DNA of 64,000 nt, taken from contig CAXXMU010000001.1 in NCBI GenBank assembly GCA_963667785.2, forward strand, positions 800,001 through 864,000, in the 5' to 3' direction. The notes beneath the pieces were generated by a model. The model was given only the letters and a program-made list of their open reading frames with translations, was not told the DNA's origin and did no database searches. A program made the position numbers and the translations under genes. This document shows positions 48,378 to 57,646 of the stretch, piece by piece (within the stretch, counting starts at the first letter, position 1; each line of letters starts with the position of its first letter). Source of the DNA: Alphaproteobacteria bacterium. Lineage in GTDB: Bacteria; Pseudomonadota; Alphaproteobacteria; UBA828.

Positions 48378-49320
48378 TAAGCGTCCGGGCAACGCGGAAG
48401 CCGAAGGTGACGACCCGGTTCCCGACGCTGTACCCGAGGCGGATGGCGGAACGGAGGAACCACGGTATGTTGCTCCACGAACCGCCGCGCAATATGCGCT
48501 TCCCGCAATCACCGCCCGCCACCCAAGCGCTGCCGTCCGACGGCGCGCCCGCATAGTCATTGTGCCAGCAGTCCTCGACCCATTCCGATACATTGCCCGA
48601 CATGTCATGCAAGCCGAAACCGTTCGCCGCAAACGAACCCGCCGGAGCCGTTTCACGGCCGTCCCAGCGGCTGCCGCAGCCGCGGCAGTTCGCCCGGTTC
48701 CGGCCCACCGAATCCCCCCAGCTATAGCGCGTCCGCGTCTTCGCGCGCGCCGCATATTCCCACTCCGCCTCCGTCAACAGCCGGTACTCCTTCCCCGTCT
48801 TCCGCGACAGCCACGCGACATACGACCGCGCTTCGTTCCAGGTCACATGGATGACCGGCCGACTTCCACGGCCCCAGCCCTTGTCATCGGGGCGGTACCC
48901 GTCGCACCCGCCAGCGGATACGCAGGTATCCCATTCCGCAAACGTCACCTCGTGTTTGCCCACCGCAAAGGGTTGCGAGATCGTCACCTCATGCTGCAGG
49001 ACTTCATCTCCGTCACGGCCTTCTTCCGACCTCGGCGAGCCCATGACGAACGAACCCGCCGGCACCACCACCATTTCCGGACAGGACGGGCAATCCCGGA
49101 ATGTTTCCCCCGCCTTCGGCCCCACTTCCGCTTCGGCCAGCAGCGCCGTCGGAACAAACCCCGCACGCCCGCCTGCCTCGACACGGCCCGCTGCGTCATG
49201 CAGCGCAATCTCTTCTGCTGCCTTTACAACATCATCCACGCTTCCGGCTGTTCCGTCGCTGGCAAGAAGCGAAGCGGCTACGAAGGCCACGGCGGAGAGG
49301 GTACGGGCTATGAGTTTCAT
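48364..49320 (-). CDS. FGE-sulfatase (SUMF1/CLec-fold) domain protein with signal peptide; mosaic, possibly a pseudogene
   Basis: FRDCPSCPEMVVVPAGSFVMGS, EVTFAEW, RPVIHVTW, YRLLTEAEWEYAARA, NGFGLHDMSGNVSEW, RGGSW...GFRVARTL; the stop codon comes from the intron fragment. Confidence 0.85.
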   Translation of the reverse strand: MKLIARTLSAVAFVAASLLASDGTAGSVDDVVKAAEEIALHDAAGRVEAGGRAGFVPTALLAEAEVGPKAGETFRDCPSCPEMVVVPAGSFVMGSPRSEEGRDGDEVLQHEVTISQPFAVGKHEVTFAEWDTCVSAGGCDGYRPDDKGWGRGSRPVIHVTWNEARSYVAWLSRKTGKEYRLLTEAEWEYAARAKTRTRYSWGDSVGRNRANCRGCGSRWDGRETAPAGSFAANGFGLHDMSGNVSEWVEDCWHNDYAGAPSDGSAWVAGGDCGKRILRGGSWSNIPWFLRSAIRLGYSVGNRVVTFGFRVARTLIAPG

Positions 49321-49344
49321 GTTGGCACGATCATCTGATCGTTT

Positions 49345-49545
49345 GTCGTCGGCGCGATATAGCGCGACAATCTGGATGAGAGCCGCCTCCGCCGCCCCGT
49401 AGCTCAAGACAAGTCGGCTACCCTGTTCCTCCAGCGCCTTCGCAAGCGCCTTCAGACTGCCGTGCAACCACCAGCGCGACGCGACCCCGAGGGCAGTATC
49501 GCCTGCCTCTTCGTCCAGCACAAACAACGGAACAACGGGCCGCCC
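49345..49545 (-). pseudogene. DNA photolyase N-terminal fragment
   Basis: GRPVVPLFVLDEE...GVASRWWLHGSLKALAKALEEQGSRLVL..G is the photolyase/cryptochrome alpha/beta domain motif; rest of the gene is absent. Confidence 0.8.
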
Positions 49546-49989
49546 AGCGCCGGCGCCGGTCGCTGGCGTGGGGCACCGGCGGCGGAAGTCGTCTACGGCC
49601 CGACGCACGGCTCCCTCACCGCCGTCATCCCGTCGGACGGCCACCGCGTCGCGCCCAGGGGTGTGCGCGGCGGCGCCGACGCGACGCCCGGCCGGACCGT
49701 CAGGATCGACAGCGACGGCCGCGAGACGGTGCTCCCCAACTTCGTGCGCCTCACCCTCGTGCCCGGCGAGCGTTTGCGCGCGGTGGAAGGCGGCGGGGCC
49801 GGCTACGGCGACCCGCTCGCGCGAGAGCCCGCGCATGTGCTGCGGGACGTGGAGGAGGGGTGGGAGACGCAGGCGCGGGCGCGCGACGTCTACGGCGTGG
49901 CGCTCGCCGCGCCGGACGCGAAGGCGCCGCTCGCCGTCGACCGGGCCGCAACCCGCGCCCTGCGCGAGAGGCTGGGCGCGCCAGCGTAG
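49546..49989 (+). pseudogene. Hydantoinase B/oxoprolinase C-terminal fragment
   Basis: GAGRWRG, PRGVRGG, GGGAGYGDPLARE...VLRDV..G..T...ARDVYGV...VDRAAT; no 5' part or start codon. Confidence 0.82.
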
Positions 49990-50280
49990 CCCGCATTTCT
50001 CACCATGGTTACGGCCTGCGTCGCGCCCAGGCGTTCGATCCGCCAGGAGTGGGCCGAAAAGCGTATCAGGGAATACGGTTGAGGCTCGCATCGTGCGCTC
50101 CGCGCGCGTGGACGCGCGACGCGGGCGGGCGCCTGGGCGCGACCCGAAGGGCGGCGCCGTCCGGCCGACAGTGTGCGTCGAAGCGCTTGCCCGATGTACC
50201 CGCATCGCGCTGCGCGCCCCTCCTACCCTGTCGGACGGACAGCGCCGCGCAGACCATGACCCTGGTGAGAAATGCGGGCT
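49988..50280. mobile_element. MITE with ~40-bp imperfect terminal inverted repeats (IS1380-like ends)
   Basis: AGCCCGCATTTCTCACCA is a perfect 18-bp IR at both ends, extending imperfectly to ~40 bp; no transposase inside. Confidence 0.8.
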
Positions 50281-50327
50281 CCTGACCCGTTCCGGAAGTC
50301 TCCATCCTTGCGCGCCTCCCCCAACTC

Positions 50328-50437
50328 TTCATGGCCGGCCCCCGGAACGGGTCCGGGGGGGCCGGCCATCCACGTCCCTCCGCCTCGCGTGATCGATGGA
50401 GATGCCCGAAACGAGTGCGGGCAGGTCCGGGCATGAC
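50328..50437. repeat. Alphaproteobacterial REP/REPIN-like palindromic element (degenerate)
   Basis: TCATGGCCGG...CCGGCCATCCACGTC...GATGCCCG...CCGGGCATGAC layout. Confidence 0.6.
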
Positions 50438-50483
50438 GGCGACCGTGGCCGGGCGACGGGGCCGGTCGGGCGGCGGGGGCGCA

Positions 50484-50550
50484 AAGTGGCACACCCCGCA
50501 AATTAATTTTGGGCGGCACAATCCGGCACAAAGTGGCACAAACCGGCACG
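50484..50550. repeat. 10-bp-periodic GGCACA array with an AT-rich palindrome
   Basis: GGGCGGCACA-ATCCGGCACA-AAGTGGCACA-AACCGGCACG (50511..50550), one further AAGTGGCACA (50484), and AAATTAATTT between them. Confidence 0.75.
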
Positions 50551-50748
50551 GCCGGAGCCGGGCGGCGGCGAAGCGTAGCGCTCGCGGCGGGCAGGAGCGC
50601 GGGCGCAGAAGACCGCGCCTTCACGCTCGTGCCGCCTGTCGTGGACCGCTGGTCATTGCCTCGCATGGCGCAATCCTGACGCAGGCGCCGCGCGCCGTGC
50701 ACCGCACCATGGTCCGGGGCCGCGCCAAGCCCTCTCCGCGCGGAGAGG

Positions 50749-51783
50749 TCAGCGGCAGTCCACCTCGCGGATGGGGTGTTCGGGAAAGCGCGCGGCCCAG
50801 GCCCCGCTCAGCGTGGCCGCCGTGCCGCCGATGCGCGCCTCGATCGCCATGAGCTCCTCGGTCGCCGTCGCGTAGCCGGCCGAGCGGACGGCGTAGCCGA
50901 GCTCGCCTAGCCTCGTCATGCGCCGCTCCAGATTCGCCTTGCGGCCGTAGACGCCGAACGAGACCCCGTTCGCCAGCGCGCCCGTCCGGATGACGCCCAC
51001 GTCGCTCACGCCTCGCGCGCGAATCTCGCGCACCTTCTCCTCGGCCTCGGCGCGGCTCTCCAGGGGCGGCAGGTAGACGATGTGGTTCTTGAACGTCTCG
51101 CGCGTCTCGCGGGCGAGGCCGAGGATGTCCGCGTCCTGCGCGAGCAGCCATTGCTCGGCCTCCTCGAGGGAGGCCGCATCGCCGAACGCGCCCGCCACGA
51201 CGCAAGCCTCGTCCGCGTCCGCAGCCTCGCGCGCCGGCCGATCGGGCACGGCGGGCGGCTCGACCTCCTTCACGGGCGGAGAGGGCGGCTCAGGCGTCGC
51301 GCTCCCGTCCTCGCTCGTCGCTCCGGCGGCGCGGAGCTCGCGGCCCCGGTCGTAGGCGCGTCGCGCGAGCAGCGTGTAGATGCCGCCCAGGTTATCGTAG
51401 CCGAGGGCCTCGTCCCGGCGCTCCAGTATGTCGAGCATGACCACGCGCGCCTCTTCGAGCCGGCCCTCCTTGACGTAGAGCACCGCCAGGTTGTTGTAGG
51501 CCTCGAACATGTCCGGATGATCGCGCGTGATCGCGCGGAAGATCCCGATCGCGTCTTCCGTGTCGCCCTCGTGCACGCGGAGTGCGCCATGCAGGAGCCG
51601 CACGCGGACGTTGTCCGGCTCGCGCTCCAGCAGCGGGTCGAGAAGGTCGCGGGCTTCCTCGTAGCGCTGCTCCTTGGTCAGGGAGAGCGCACGATCGAGC
51701 GCATCGTCGGCGATGGCGGCGACGGACCACATGAGCGCCGTCAGCGACGCGAGCGCGATCAGGACCCCGCCGATCCGCGTCAT
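50749..51783 (-). CDS. Exported TPR-repeat protein with C-terminal SPOR-like domain
   Basis: Signal peptide, TPR motif EAYNNLAVLY, Pro-rich linker, C-terminal CVVAGAF...VYLPP...NGVSFGVY. Confidence 0.75.
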   Translation of the reverse strand: MTRIGGVLIALASLTALMWSVAAIADDALDRALSLTKEQRYEEARDLLDPLLEREPDNVRVRLLHGALRVHEGDTEDAIGIFRAITRDHPDMFEAYNNLAVLYVKEGRLEEARVVMLDILERRDEALGYDNLGGIYTLLARRAYDRGRELRAAGATSEDGSATPEPPSPPVKEVEPPAVPDRPAREAADADEACVVAGAFGDAASLEEAEQWLLAQDADILGLARETRETFKNHIVYLPPLESRAEAEEKVREIRARGVSDVGVIRTGALANGVSFGVYGRKANLERRMTRLGELGYAVRSAGYATATEELMAIEARIGGTAATLSGAWAARFPEHPIREVDCR

Positions 51784-51871
51784 GTCTCCCTCTCTCGCAG
51801 TAAAGGCGGCGCCCCCCCTTTTTACCCTCATCGGCCGGCGGGCGCTTGTCCTCAATCCTGCCTTCGGGCGC

Positions 51872-52774
51872 TCAGTCCGCGCGCGCCGAGCGGCCGCGCG
51901 ACTGGATCGAGCCGATCACCATCATGACGAAGGCTGCGAGCATGAGCCCGGCCGCGCCCCACACATAGGCCGAGTGGGTCTCGTCGAAGAAGAGGATCCC
52001 CCAGCCGATGCCGCCGACCACGCCGATGATGGTCATGATGGAGAAGAGCGAGGCGCCCGCTCGCCGCACGATCACGTAGAACATCGGCCACATGATCGCG
52101 TTGATGGCGACCGCGGCGAGCAGCGCCAGGTCGCCGTCCTGGTCGGGGCCGGGAAACAGGTAGAGCTGGCCGGTTGCCGGCAGGAAGGGGAGGAGCAGCA
52201 GCGCGCCGGCGAAGAGGTTGCCGATCGCGAGCCCCAGCGACGATGCCTCGGGCGGGCGGAAGCGCTCGACGATGACGTTGAGCGCGCCGAAGCCGAAGGG
52301 AATTAGCAGCGCGATGAGGAACCAGACGGCCATGCTGGGCGCCGGCAAGCTATCTCCCGGGATGACGATGAGGAGGACGCCCGCGATGCCCGCCAGCAGG
52401 CCGATCGCGCAGATCGGCCTGAAGCGCTCCAGACGGGCGAGGACGGCCAGGGAATAGGTGAAGAGCGGTGTCAGCGTGATCAGGAGAACGGTGACGCCGG
52501 AGGGCAGCTTGGTCGCCACGAAGGCCAGCAGCGCGAAGGGAAAGGCGAAGCCGAGCGCGGCGCTGACGAAGTAGAGCCTGAGATGCGCCGGCGAGAGGGA
52601 GGGCAGCTCGCGCCGGATGGCTGCCGGCACCAGCAGGATCAGCCCGGCGCCGAGCGCGTACCAGAACACGTAGGCGAAATTGGGGAATCCCGCATCGCCG
52701 GCGATCTTGTTGACCGGGATCAGCAGACTGAAATTGAGGCCGGCAATGAGGATGAGGAGGAGCGAGAGGGCCAT
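51872..52774 (-). CDS. DMT (EamA-like) family transporter
   Basis: About 10 TM helices in two repeats; LTPLFT, GWGILFFDE. Confidence 0.85.
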   Translation of the reverse strand: MALSLLLILIAGLNFSLLIPVNKIAGDAGFPNFAYVFWYALGAGLILLVPAAIRRELPSLSPAHLRLYFVSAALGFAFPFALLAFVATKLPSGVTVLLITLTPLFTYSLAVLARLERFRPICAIGLLAGIAGVLLIVIPGDSLPAPSMAVWFLIALLIPFGFGALNVIVERFRPPEASSLGLAIGNLFAGALLLLPFLPATGQLYLFPGPDQDGDLALLAAVAINAIMWPMFYVIVRRAGASLFSIMTIIGVVGGIGWGILFFDETHSAYVWGAAGLMLAAFVMMVIGSIQSRGRSARAD

Positions 52775-52782
52775 GGCGGCCG

Positions 52783-53973
52783 TCAGGATGAGGCGGGGCG
52801 GCGCGCGTGGGCCGCGCGCGTCTCCACCAGGTTCAGGATCGCCTGCGCGGCGCGTTCGCTCGGCGGGGGGCCGCCGCGCCCCAGCCGGGCGGCGATTTCC
52901 CCGAAGCTTTCGATCTGCTCCTGCCTGCGGTCGGCATCGAGCAGCAGCTCTTCCACCGCCGGCACGAGCCGCCGGGGCGCACACTCTCTCTGCACGAACT
53001 CCGGCGCCGCCCTGCGCTCGGCGATGATGTTCGGCATGGCGATGTGCTGCACCAGCAGGACCCGCCGCGCGATCGCCGCCGTCAGCGGGTTGACCCGGTA
53101 GCAGACGATCATGGGCACGGCGGCCAGCGCGAGCTCGAGCGTTGCCGTGCCGGAGACGGTCAGCGCCGCATCGCTCGCGGCGAAGGCCGCGTACTTCTCC
53201 GCCTTGCCGTCGATGACGGTCACGGGCGCACCCCAGGACGCCGTCTCGGCGGCGACGGCGGCGCGATGCTGCGGCAGGGTCGGCACCAGCACGCGGAGGC
53301 CCTCGATGCGCCGGGCAAGCGCACGGACCGTCGCGCCGAACACGGGCTGATGGCGGCGCAGCTCGCTTGCCCGGCTGCCGGGCAGGGCGGCGATCACCCG
53401 CTGCCCGGGCTCGATGCCGTGGCGCCGGCGGAAGCCCGGCCCGTCGGCGCTCTCGATGGGCTCCTCGACCAGGGGATGGCCGACGAAGCTCGCGTCCAGA
53501 CCCTCGGCCTCGAAATAGGGCGGCTCGAACGGGAACAGGCAGAGCACGTGATCGAGATAGCGCGCGACCTCCCGCGCGCGCCCCGGCCGGTAGGCCCAGA
53601 CCGTCGGCGCCACGTAGTGGACGAGGGGAAAGCCCGCGCCGCTCAGCCTGCGAGCGACACGGAGCGCGAACTCCGGTACGTCGACCGAGACGAAGGCCGC
53701 TGGCCGCAGCCTGCGCGCGGTGCGGGCCGTCGCCCGGATGCGCCCGAGCATGCGCGGCACGTGCGGCACCACCTCCAGAAACCCCACCAGCGACAGCTCG
53801 GAGAAGGGAAACAGGCTCTCCAGACCCTGCTCCGCCATGAGCGGGCCGCCGATGCCGGCGAAGCGCACGCGACCGCCGGTCTGCCGCTTGAGCGCGACCA
53901 TCAGCCGGGAAGCGATGAGGTCGCCGGACGGCTCGCCCGCGATCAGGAAGATCAGCGGCGCGTCGCGCTCCAT
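52783..53973 (-). CDS. lpxB: Lipid-A-disaccharide synthase
   Basis: IAGEPSGD, HYVAPTVWA, FPFE, FVGHPL, LPGSR, SGTATLE. Confidence 0.95.
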   Translation of the reverse strand: MERDAPLIFLIAGEPSGDLIASRLMVALKRQTGGRVRFAGIGGPLMAEQGLESLFPFSELSLVGFLEVVPHVPRMLGRIRATARTARRLRPAAFVSVDVPEFALRVARRLSGAGFPLVHYVAPTVWAYRPGRAREVARYLDHVLCLFPFEPPYFEAEGLDASFVGHPLVEEPIESADGPGFRRRHGIEPGQRVIAALPGSRASELRRHQPVFGATVRALARRIEGLRVLVPTLPQHRAAVAAETASWGAPVTVIDGKAEKYAAFAASDAALTVSGTATLELALAAVPMIVCYRVNPLTAAIARRVLLVQHIAMPNIIAERRAAPEFVQRECAPRRLVPAVEELLLDADRRQEQIESFGEIAARLGRGGPPPSERAAQAILNLVETRAAHARRPASS

Positions 53974-53981
53974 TCTGGCCG

Positions 53982-54800
53982 TCAGCCCACGCCGACCATG
54001 AAGACGCCGTGCGCATCGGCGCGCGCGATCGCCTGGCTGCGCTCGAGGATCAGCGTCTCGCCCGCCTCGACCGCCACGCCGCTGAAGCCGGCTTCCGCGA
54101 GCTTCTCGATGGTGGTCGCCCCGATCGTGGGCAGATCGGCCCGACGCTCCTGGCCTGGCTTCTTCACCTTCACCAGCACGGCACCCGGCCCCGGTTGCTG
54201 GAACGCGGCGCAGCGCGCGATCAGCCCGTCCGTGCCCTCGGCCCCTTCGACGCCGAGCACCCGACCCGCCTGCACCACGACGGCCTGCCCGATGTCCTGG
54301 GCGCCGAGAGCGCGGGCGGCCTCGATGCCGATGGCGATGTCGCGCTCGGCGTCGGCGTCGGGCGCGCGCAGGCCGATGATACCCTCCGGCGCGCGCAGTG
54401 CCGCGATCAGGTCGTCGGCACCGACCACGGTGAAACCCTCCGCCTCGAGCTCGCCGATCACCAGCGAGAGGAGCGCGTCGTCGCCCTTGCCCCGGGTGCG
54501 CGCGATACGCCCCATGAGGCGCATGCCGCGCAGGTCGACCTTGAGGGTGGAGAGCGCCGGCCGGCGGATCGAGCCGGCGAGCACCACCTCGCGGCAGTCC
54601 GCCTGCCGCAGCGCCTTGAGCAGGGCGCCCACCGCCCCCAGCCCCAGCCAGCGGTGGGGAACACCCGCGCAGGTCTCCGGGTCCGTCTCGCCCTCGAAGG
54701 CGATGACCAGCACCTCGCGGCCTTCGCTCCTGCACGCCCGTACGATGAGGCCCGGCAGCCGCCCGCCGCCGGCAAGGATCCCGAGCCTACTCGCCGCCAT
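53982..54800 (-). CDS. lpxI: UDP-2,3-diacylglucosamine diphosphatase LpxI
   Basis: LGILAGGGRLP, GDDALL, DIGQAVVV, EGAEGTD, KPGQ..ADLPTIG. Confidence 0.93.
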   Translation of the reverse strand: MAASRLGILAGGGRLPGLIVRACRSEGREVLVIAFEGETDPETCAGVPHRWLGLGAVGALLKALRQADCREVVLAGSIRRPALSTLKVDLRGMRLMGRIARTRGKGDDALLSLVIGELEAEGFTVVGADDLIAALRAPEGIIGLRAPDADAERDIAIGIEAARALGAQDIGQAVVVQAGRVLGVEGAEGTDGLIARCAAFQQPGPGAVLVKVKKPGQERRADLPTIGATTIEKLAEAGFSGVAVEAGETLILERSQAIARADAHGVFMVGVG

Positions 54801-55587
54801 CGTCCCGGGGCTGGCAAATCGAGCGCTCGCGGTCGATCCGCATGAAGTCGACGATGTCCATGACCGGCTCGTTGTCATGGAACAGCTCGGCCACGTCGGC
54901 AAGACGCTCGGACATGGTCCCCTCTTGTGCGAAGAGCAATCGGAAGGCCCGTCTGAGATCGTGCACGATGTCGCGGCCGAAGCCGCGTCGCTTGAGGCCG
55001 ATCAGGTTGAGCCCGGTGAGCCGGGCCCGGTCGCCCGAGGCCGAGCCGTAGGGAATGAGATCGTGCTCGATCCCGGACATGCCGCCGACGATCGCGTGGC
55101 GCCCGATGCGGACGAACTGGTGCACCGCGGCCAGGCCGCCGAGGATCGCCCAGTCGTCGATTGCCACGTGGCCGCCCAGCGTCGCGTTGTTGGCCATGAC
55201 GACGTGATTGCCGATGGTGCAGTCGTGCGCGACGTGGGTCGCGATCATGAACAAGCAGTGATTGCCGACGCGGGTCAGCATGCGGCCGTGGGGCGTGCCC
55301 GGGCTCATGGTGACATGCTCGCGGATCACGTTGTCGGCGCCGATCTCGAGCCGCGACGGCTCGCCCCTGTACTTGGTGTCCTGCGGCGGCTGGCCGATCG
55401 ACGCGAAGGGATAGATGCTGGTGCGCGGGCCCACGGTCGTGCGTCCGGCAACGACGGCGTGGGAGACCAGCCGGACATCGTCGCCGAGGACCACGTTCTC
55501 GCCGACGATGCAGTAGGGGCCGATGCTGACGCCCTCGCCGAGCTCGGCGCCCGCCTCGACGATCGCCGTAGGGTGAATGTCCGTCAC
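54787..55587 (-). CDS. lpxA: UDP-N-acetylglucosamine O-acyltransferase
   Basis: IHPTAIV, hexapeptide repeats, HVAHDC, LGGHV, VHQFVRIG. Confidence 0.95.
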   Translation of the reverse strand: MTDIHPTAIVEAGAELGEGVSIGPYCIVGENVVLGDDVRLVSHAVVAGRTTVGPRTSIYPFASIGQPPQDTKYRGEPSRLEIGADNVIREHVTMSPGTPHGRMLTRVGNHCLFMIATHVAHDCTIGNHVVMANNATLGGHVAIDDWAILGGLAAVHQFVRIGRHAIVGGMSGIEHDLIPYGSASGDRARLTGLNLIGLKRRGFGRDIVHDLRRAFRLLFAQEGTMSERLADVAELFHDNEPVMDIVDFMRIDRERSICQPRDDGGE

Positions 55588-55588
55588 G

Positions 55589-56059
55589 TCAGGTGTCTTC
55601 CAGGATCATGGCCGCGTAGGTCGCGTCTGCGACCGTCTCCCCTTCGACGACGGCGCGCGCGGTGAATTTCCACACGTTCTGGCGCCGCTGCTTCTTGGTC
55701 ACGTGGATGAAGAGCTGGTCGCCCGGCACGACCGGCCGCCGGAAGCGGCAGGTGTCGACCGACATGAAGTAGACCAGCTTGCCCGCCATGGCCGGGCCGA
55801 GGGTCGCCACCACGAGGACCGCCGCCGTCTGCGCCATCGATTCGATGATGAGCACACCCGGCATGACGTGCCGGCGCGGAAAGTGGCCCTGGAAGTAGGA
55901 TTCGTTGATCGAGACGTTCTTGATGCCCGTCGCGCACTCGTCCGGGGTCACGTCCACCACGCGGTCGATCATCAGGAACGGGTAGCGGTGCGGGATCGCA
56001 TGGAGGATCTCCTCGATATCCATGCGCTCGATGGTCTGCTGGGGTGTCGCGTCGTTCAT
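55589..56059 (-). CDS. fabZ: 3-hydroxyacyl-ACP dehydratase
   Basis: [31 protein letters not shown]. Confidence 0.95.
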   Translation of the reverse strand: MNDATPQQTIERMDIEEILHAIPHRYPFLMIDRVVDVTPDECATGIKNVSINESYFQGHFPRRHVMPGVLIIESMAQTAAVLVVATLGPAMAGKLVYFMSVDTCRFRRPVVPGDQLFIHVTKKQRRQNVWKFTARAVVEGETVADATYAAMILEDT

Positions 56060-57084
56060 TCCAGGCTCGCCTTGCCTCTCGCCAGCCGCGCGAGATGCGC
56101 GCTCTGGCGGTGCCATTGCCGGATCGGCACGGCGGGCGTGCCGCCGTAGGTTCCGCCCGGCTCGATATCGCGGATCACGCCGGTCTGGCCGGCGATCTGC
56201 GCACCGTCGCCCACCGTGAGGTGGCCCGCCACGCCCACCTGCCCGGCGATCATCACGAAGTCGCCGATCGTGACGCTGCCGGCCAGCGCAGTCTGGGCCG
56301 CGATCACGGTGCCGCGCCCGATGCGGACGTTGTGGGCGATCTGCACCAGATTGTCGATCCTGCAACCCTGGCCGACGACCGTGTCGGGGCCCGCCCCGCG
56401 GTCGATGGTGGTGTTCGCGCCGATCTCCACGTCGTCCTCGATCAGGACCCGGCCGAGCTGGGGAACGTTCACGTGGCCGCCCCGGTCGATCGCGAAGCCG
56501 AAGCCCTCCTGGCCGATCCGCACGCCGGGAAAGATCGAGACCCGGGCGCCGATCAGGCAGTGGCTGAGGGAGGCCCCGGCCCCGATGCGCGTGTCGTCGC
56601 CGATTTCGACGGCCGGCCCGATCGTGGCGTTGGCCCCGACGAAGCAACGGGCGCCGATCTGCGCGCCGGCGCCGATCGCGACGCCGGCCTCGATGCGGCA
56701 TCCCTCGCCGAGCACGGCTGCCGGATCGACGACCGCCGCCGGGTGCACCCCCGGTGCCGGCGCCGGGACGGGGTAGAACAGCGCGGCTGCCTGTGCGTAC
56801 GACTTGTAGGGGTAATCGCTGGTGAGCACGGCCACGCCGTCCGGCGCACGGTCGGCAAGCGCGGCCGGCGCGATGCAGGCGCCGGCGCGGCACACGGCGA
56901 ACGCGTCGACATATTTTCGATTGTCGAGGAAGCTCAGGTGCTGAGGCTCGGCCTTCCCGAGCGGAGCCACGTCGGAGAGACGCATCGCCGGGTCGGCACC
57001 CGCCGCCAGCCGGGCGCCGGCGGCATCGGCTATTTCGACCAGCGTGAACGGCCCCGCCGCGGTGAAGAAGCGTGGATCGGGCAT
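56056..57084 (-). CDS. lpxD: UDP-3-O-acylglucosamine N-acyltransferase
   Basis: [38 protein letters not shown]. Confidence 0.95.
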   Translation of the reverse strand: MPDPRFFTAAGPFTLVEIADAAGARLAAGADPAMRLSDVAPLGKAEPQHLSFLDNRKYVDAFAVCRAGACIAPAALADRAPDGVAVLTSDYPYKSYAQAAALFYPVPAPAPGVHPAAVVDPAAVLGEGCRIEAGVAIGAGAQIGARCFVGANATIGPAVEIGDDTRIGAGASLSHCLIGARVSIFPGVRIGQEGFGFAIDRGGHVNVPQLGRVLIEDDVEIGANTTIDRGAGPDTVVGQGCRIDNLVQIAHNVRIGRGTVIAAQTALAGSVTIGDFVMIAGQVGVAGHLTVGDGAQIAGQTGVIRDIEPGGTYGGTPAVPIRQWHRQSAHLARLARGKASLE

Positions 57085-57644
57085 CAGTTCTCGTCGAACG
57101 ACAGCGCGATCTCGGGGAACGCTTCGTTCATCCGTTCGATCACCTGATCGGTCAGATCGAACTCGGCAACGGCGAATATCGAATTGTGGACCGGCAGCAC
57201 GATGTCGATGGCATGCCGTTCCGCCACCTCCGCCACCACGGTGCCGAGGGCGATGCGGAACTGGATCTCGCCTTCCTGCACGGCGCGCTGCAACGCCTGG
57301 CCGCGCAGCCTGGCCCTCTCGTCGGCGGCCGTCAGCTCGGCATTGAAGGCGCGCTGCCGCTCCTCCATCGCTTCGGCCGTGAGAAGTGCCTGCTGCTGCT
57401 GCAGCTCTTCCTGGAACGCACGCAGACGCTCCGCCTCGCGCATGGATTCTTCTTCGAACACCCTGCGCTGGGCCTCGCCCTGGGTCTGTATCGAGGCAAT
57501 CGCCACCGCCTCGCCGAGTATCCGCCCCATCTCGATGATGGCAACGCGCGTGCCGCGCTCGTCCGCCCAGAGGCCGGTGCTCCCGCCGGCGACAAGGCCG
57601 AAGGCGAGGGCGAGCGCGAGCCCGATCCGCTTGAATTCCATCAT
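57084..57644 (-). CDS. skp: OmpH/Skp family periplasmic chaperone
   Basis: Signal peptide, VAII..RIL, coiled coil, DLTDQVI; lies between bamA and lpxD. Confidence 0.85.
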   Translation of the reverse strand: MMEFKRIGLALALAFGLVAGGSTGLWADERGTRVAIIEMGRILGEAVAIASIQTQGEAQRRVFEEESMREAERLRAFQEELQQQQALLTAEAMEERQRAFNAELTAADERARLRGQALQRAVQEGEIQFRIALGTVVAEVAERHAIDIVLPVHNSIFAVAEFDLTDQVIERMNEAFPEIALSFDEN

Positions 57645-57646
57645 CC

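Noticed and set aside
48364-50205. 613-aa ORF as a genuine photolyase-FGE fusion protein
   Set aside because: Its 5' part is MITE sequence and the antisense of a hydantoinase fragment. Only 48364..49320 is treated as the gene, and the photolyase piece is a short fragment.
50484-50550. CRISPR array
   Set aside because: Units are 10 bp, contiguous and have no spacers.
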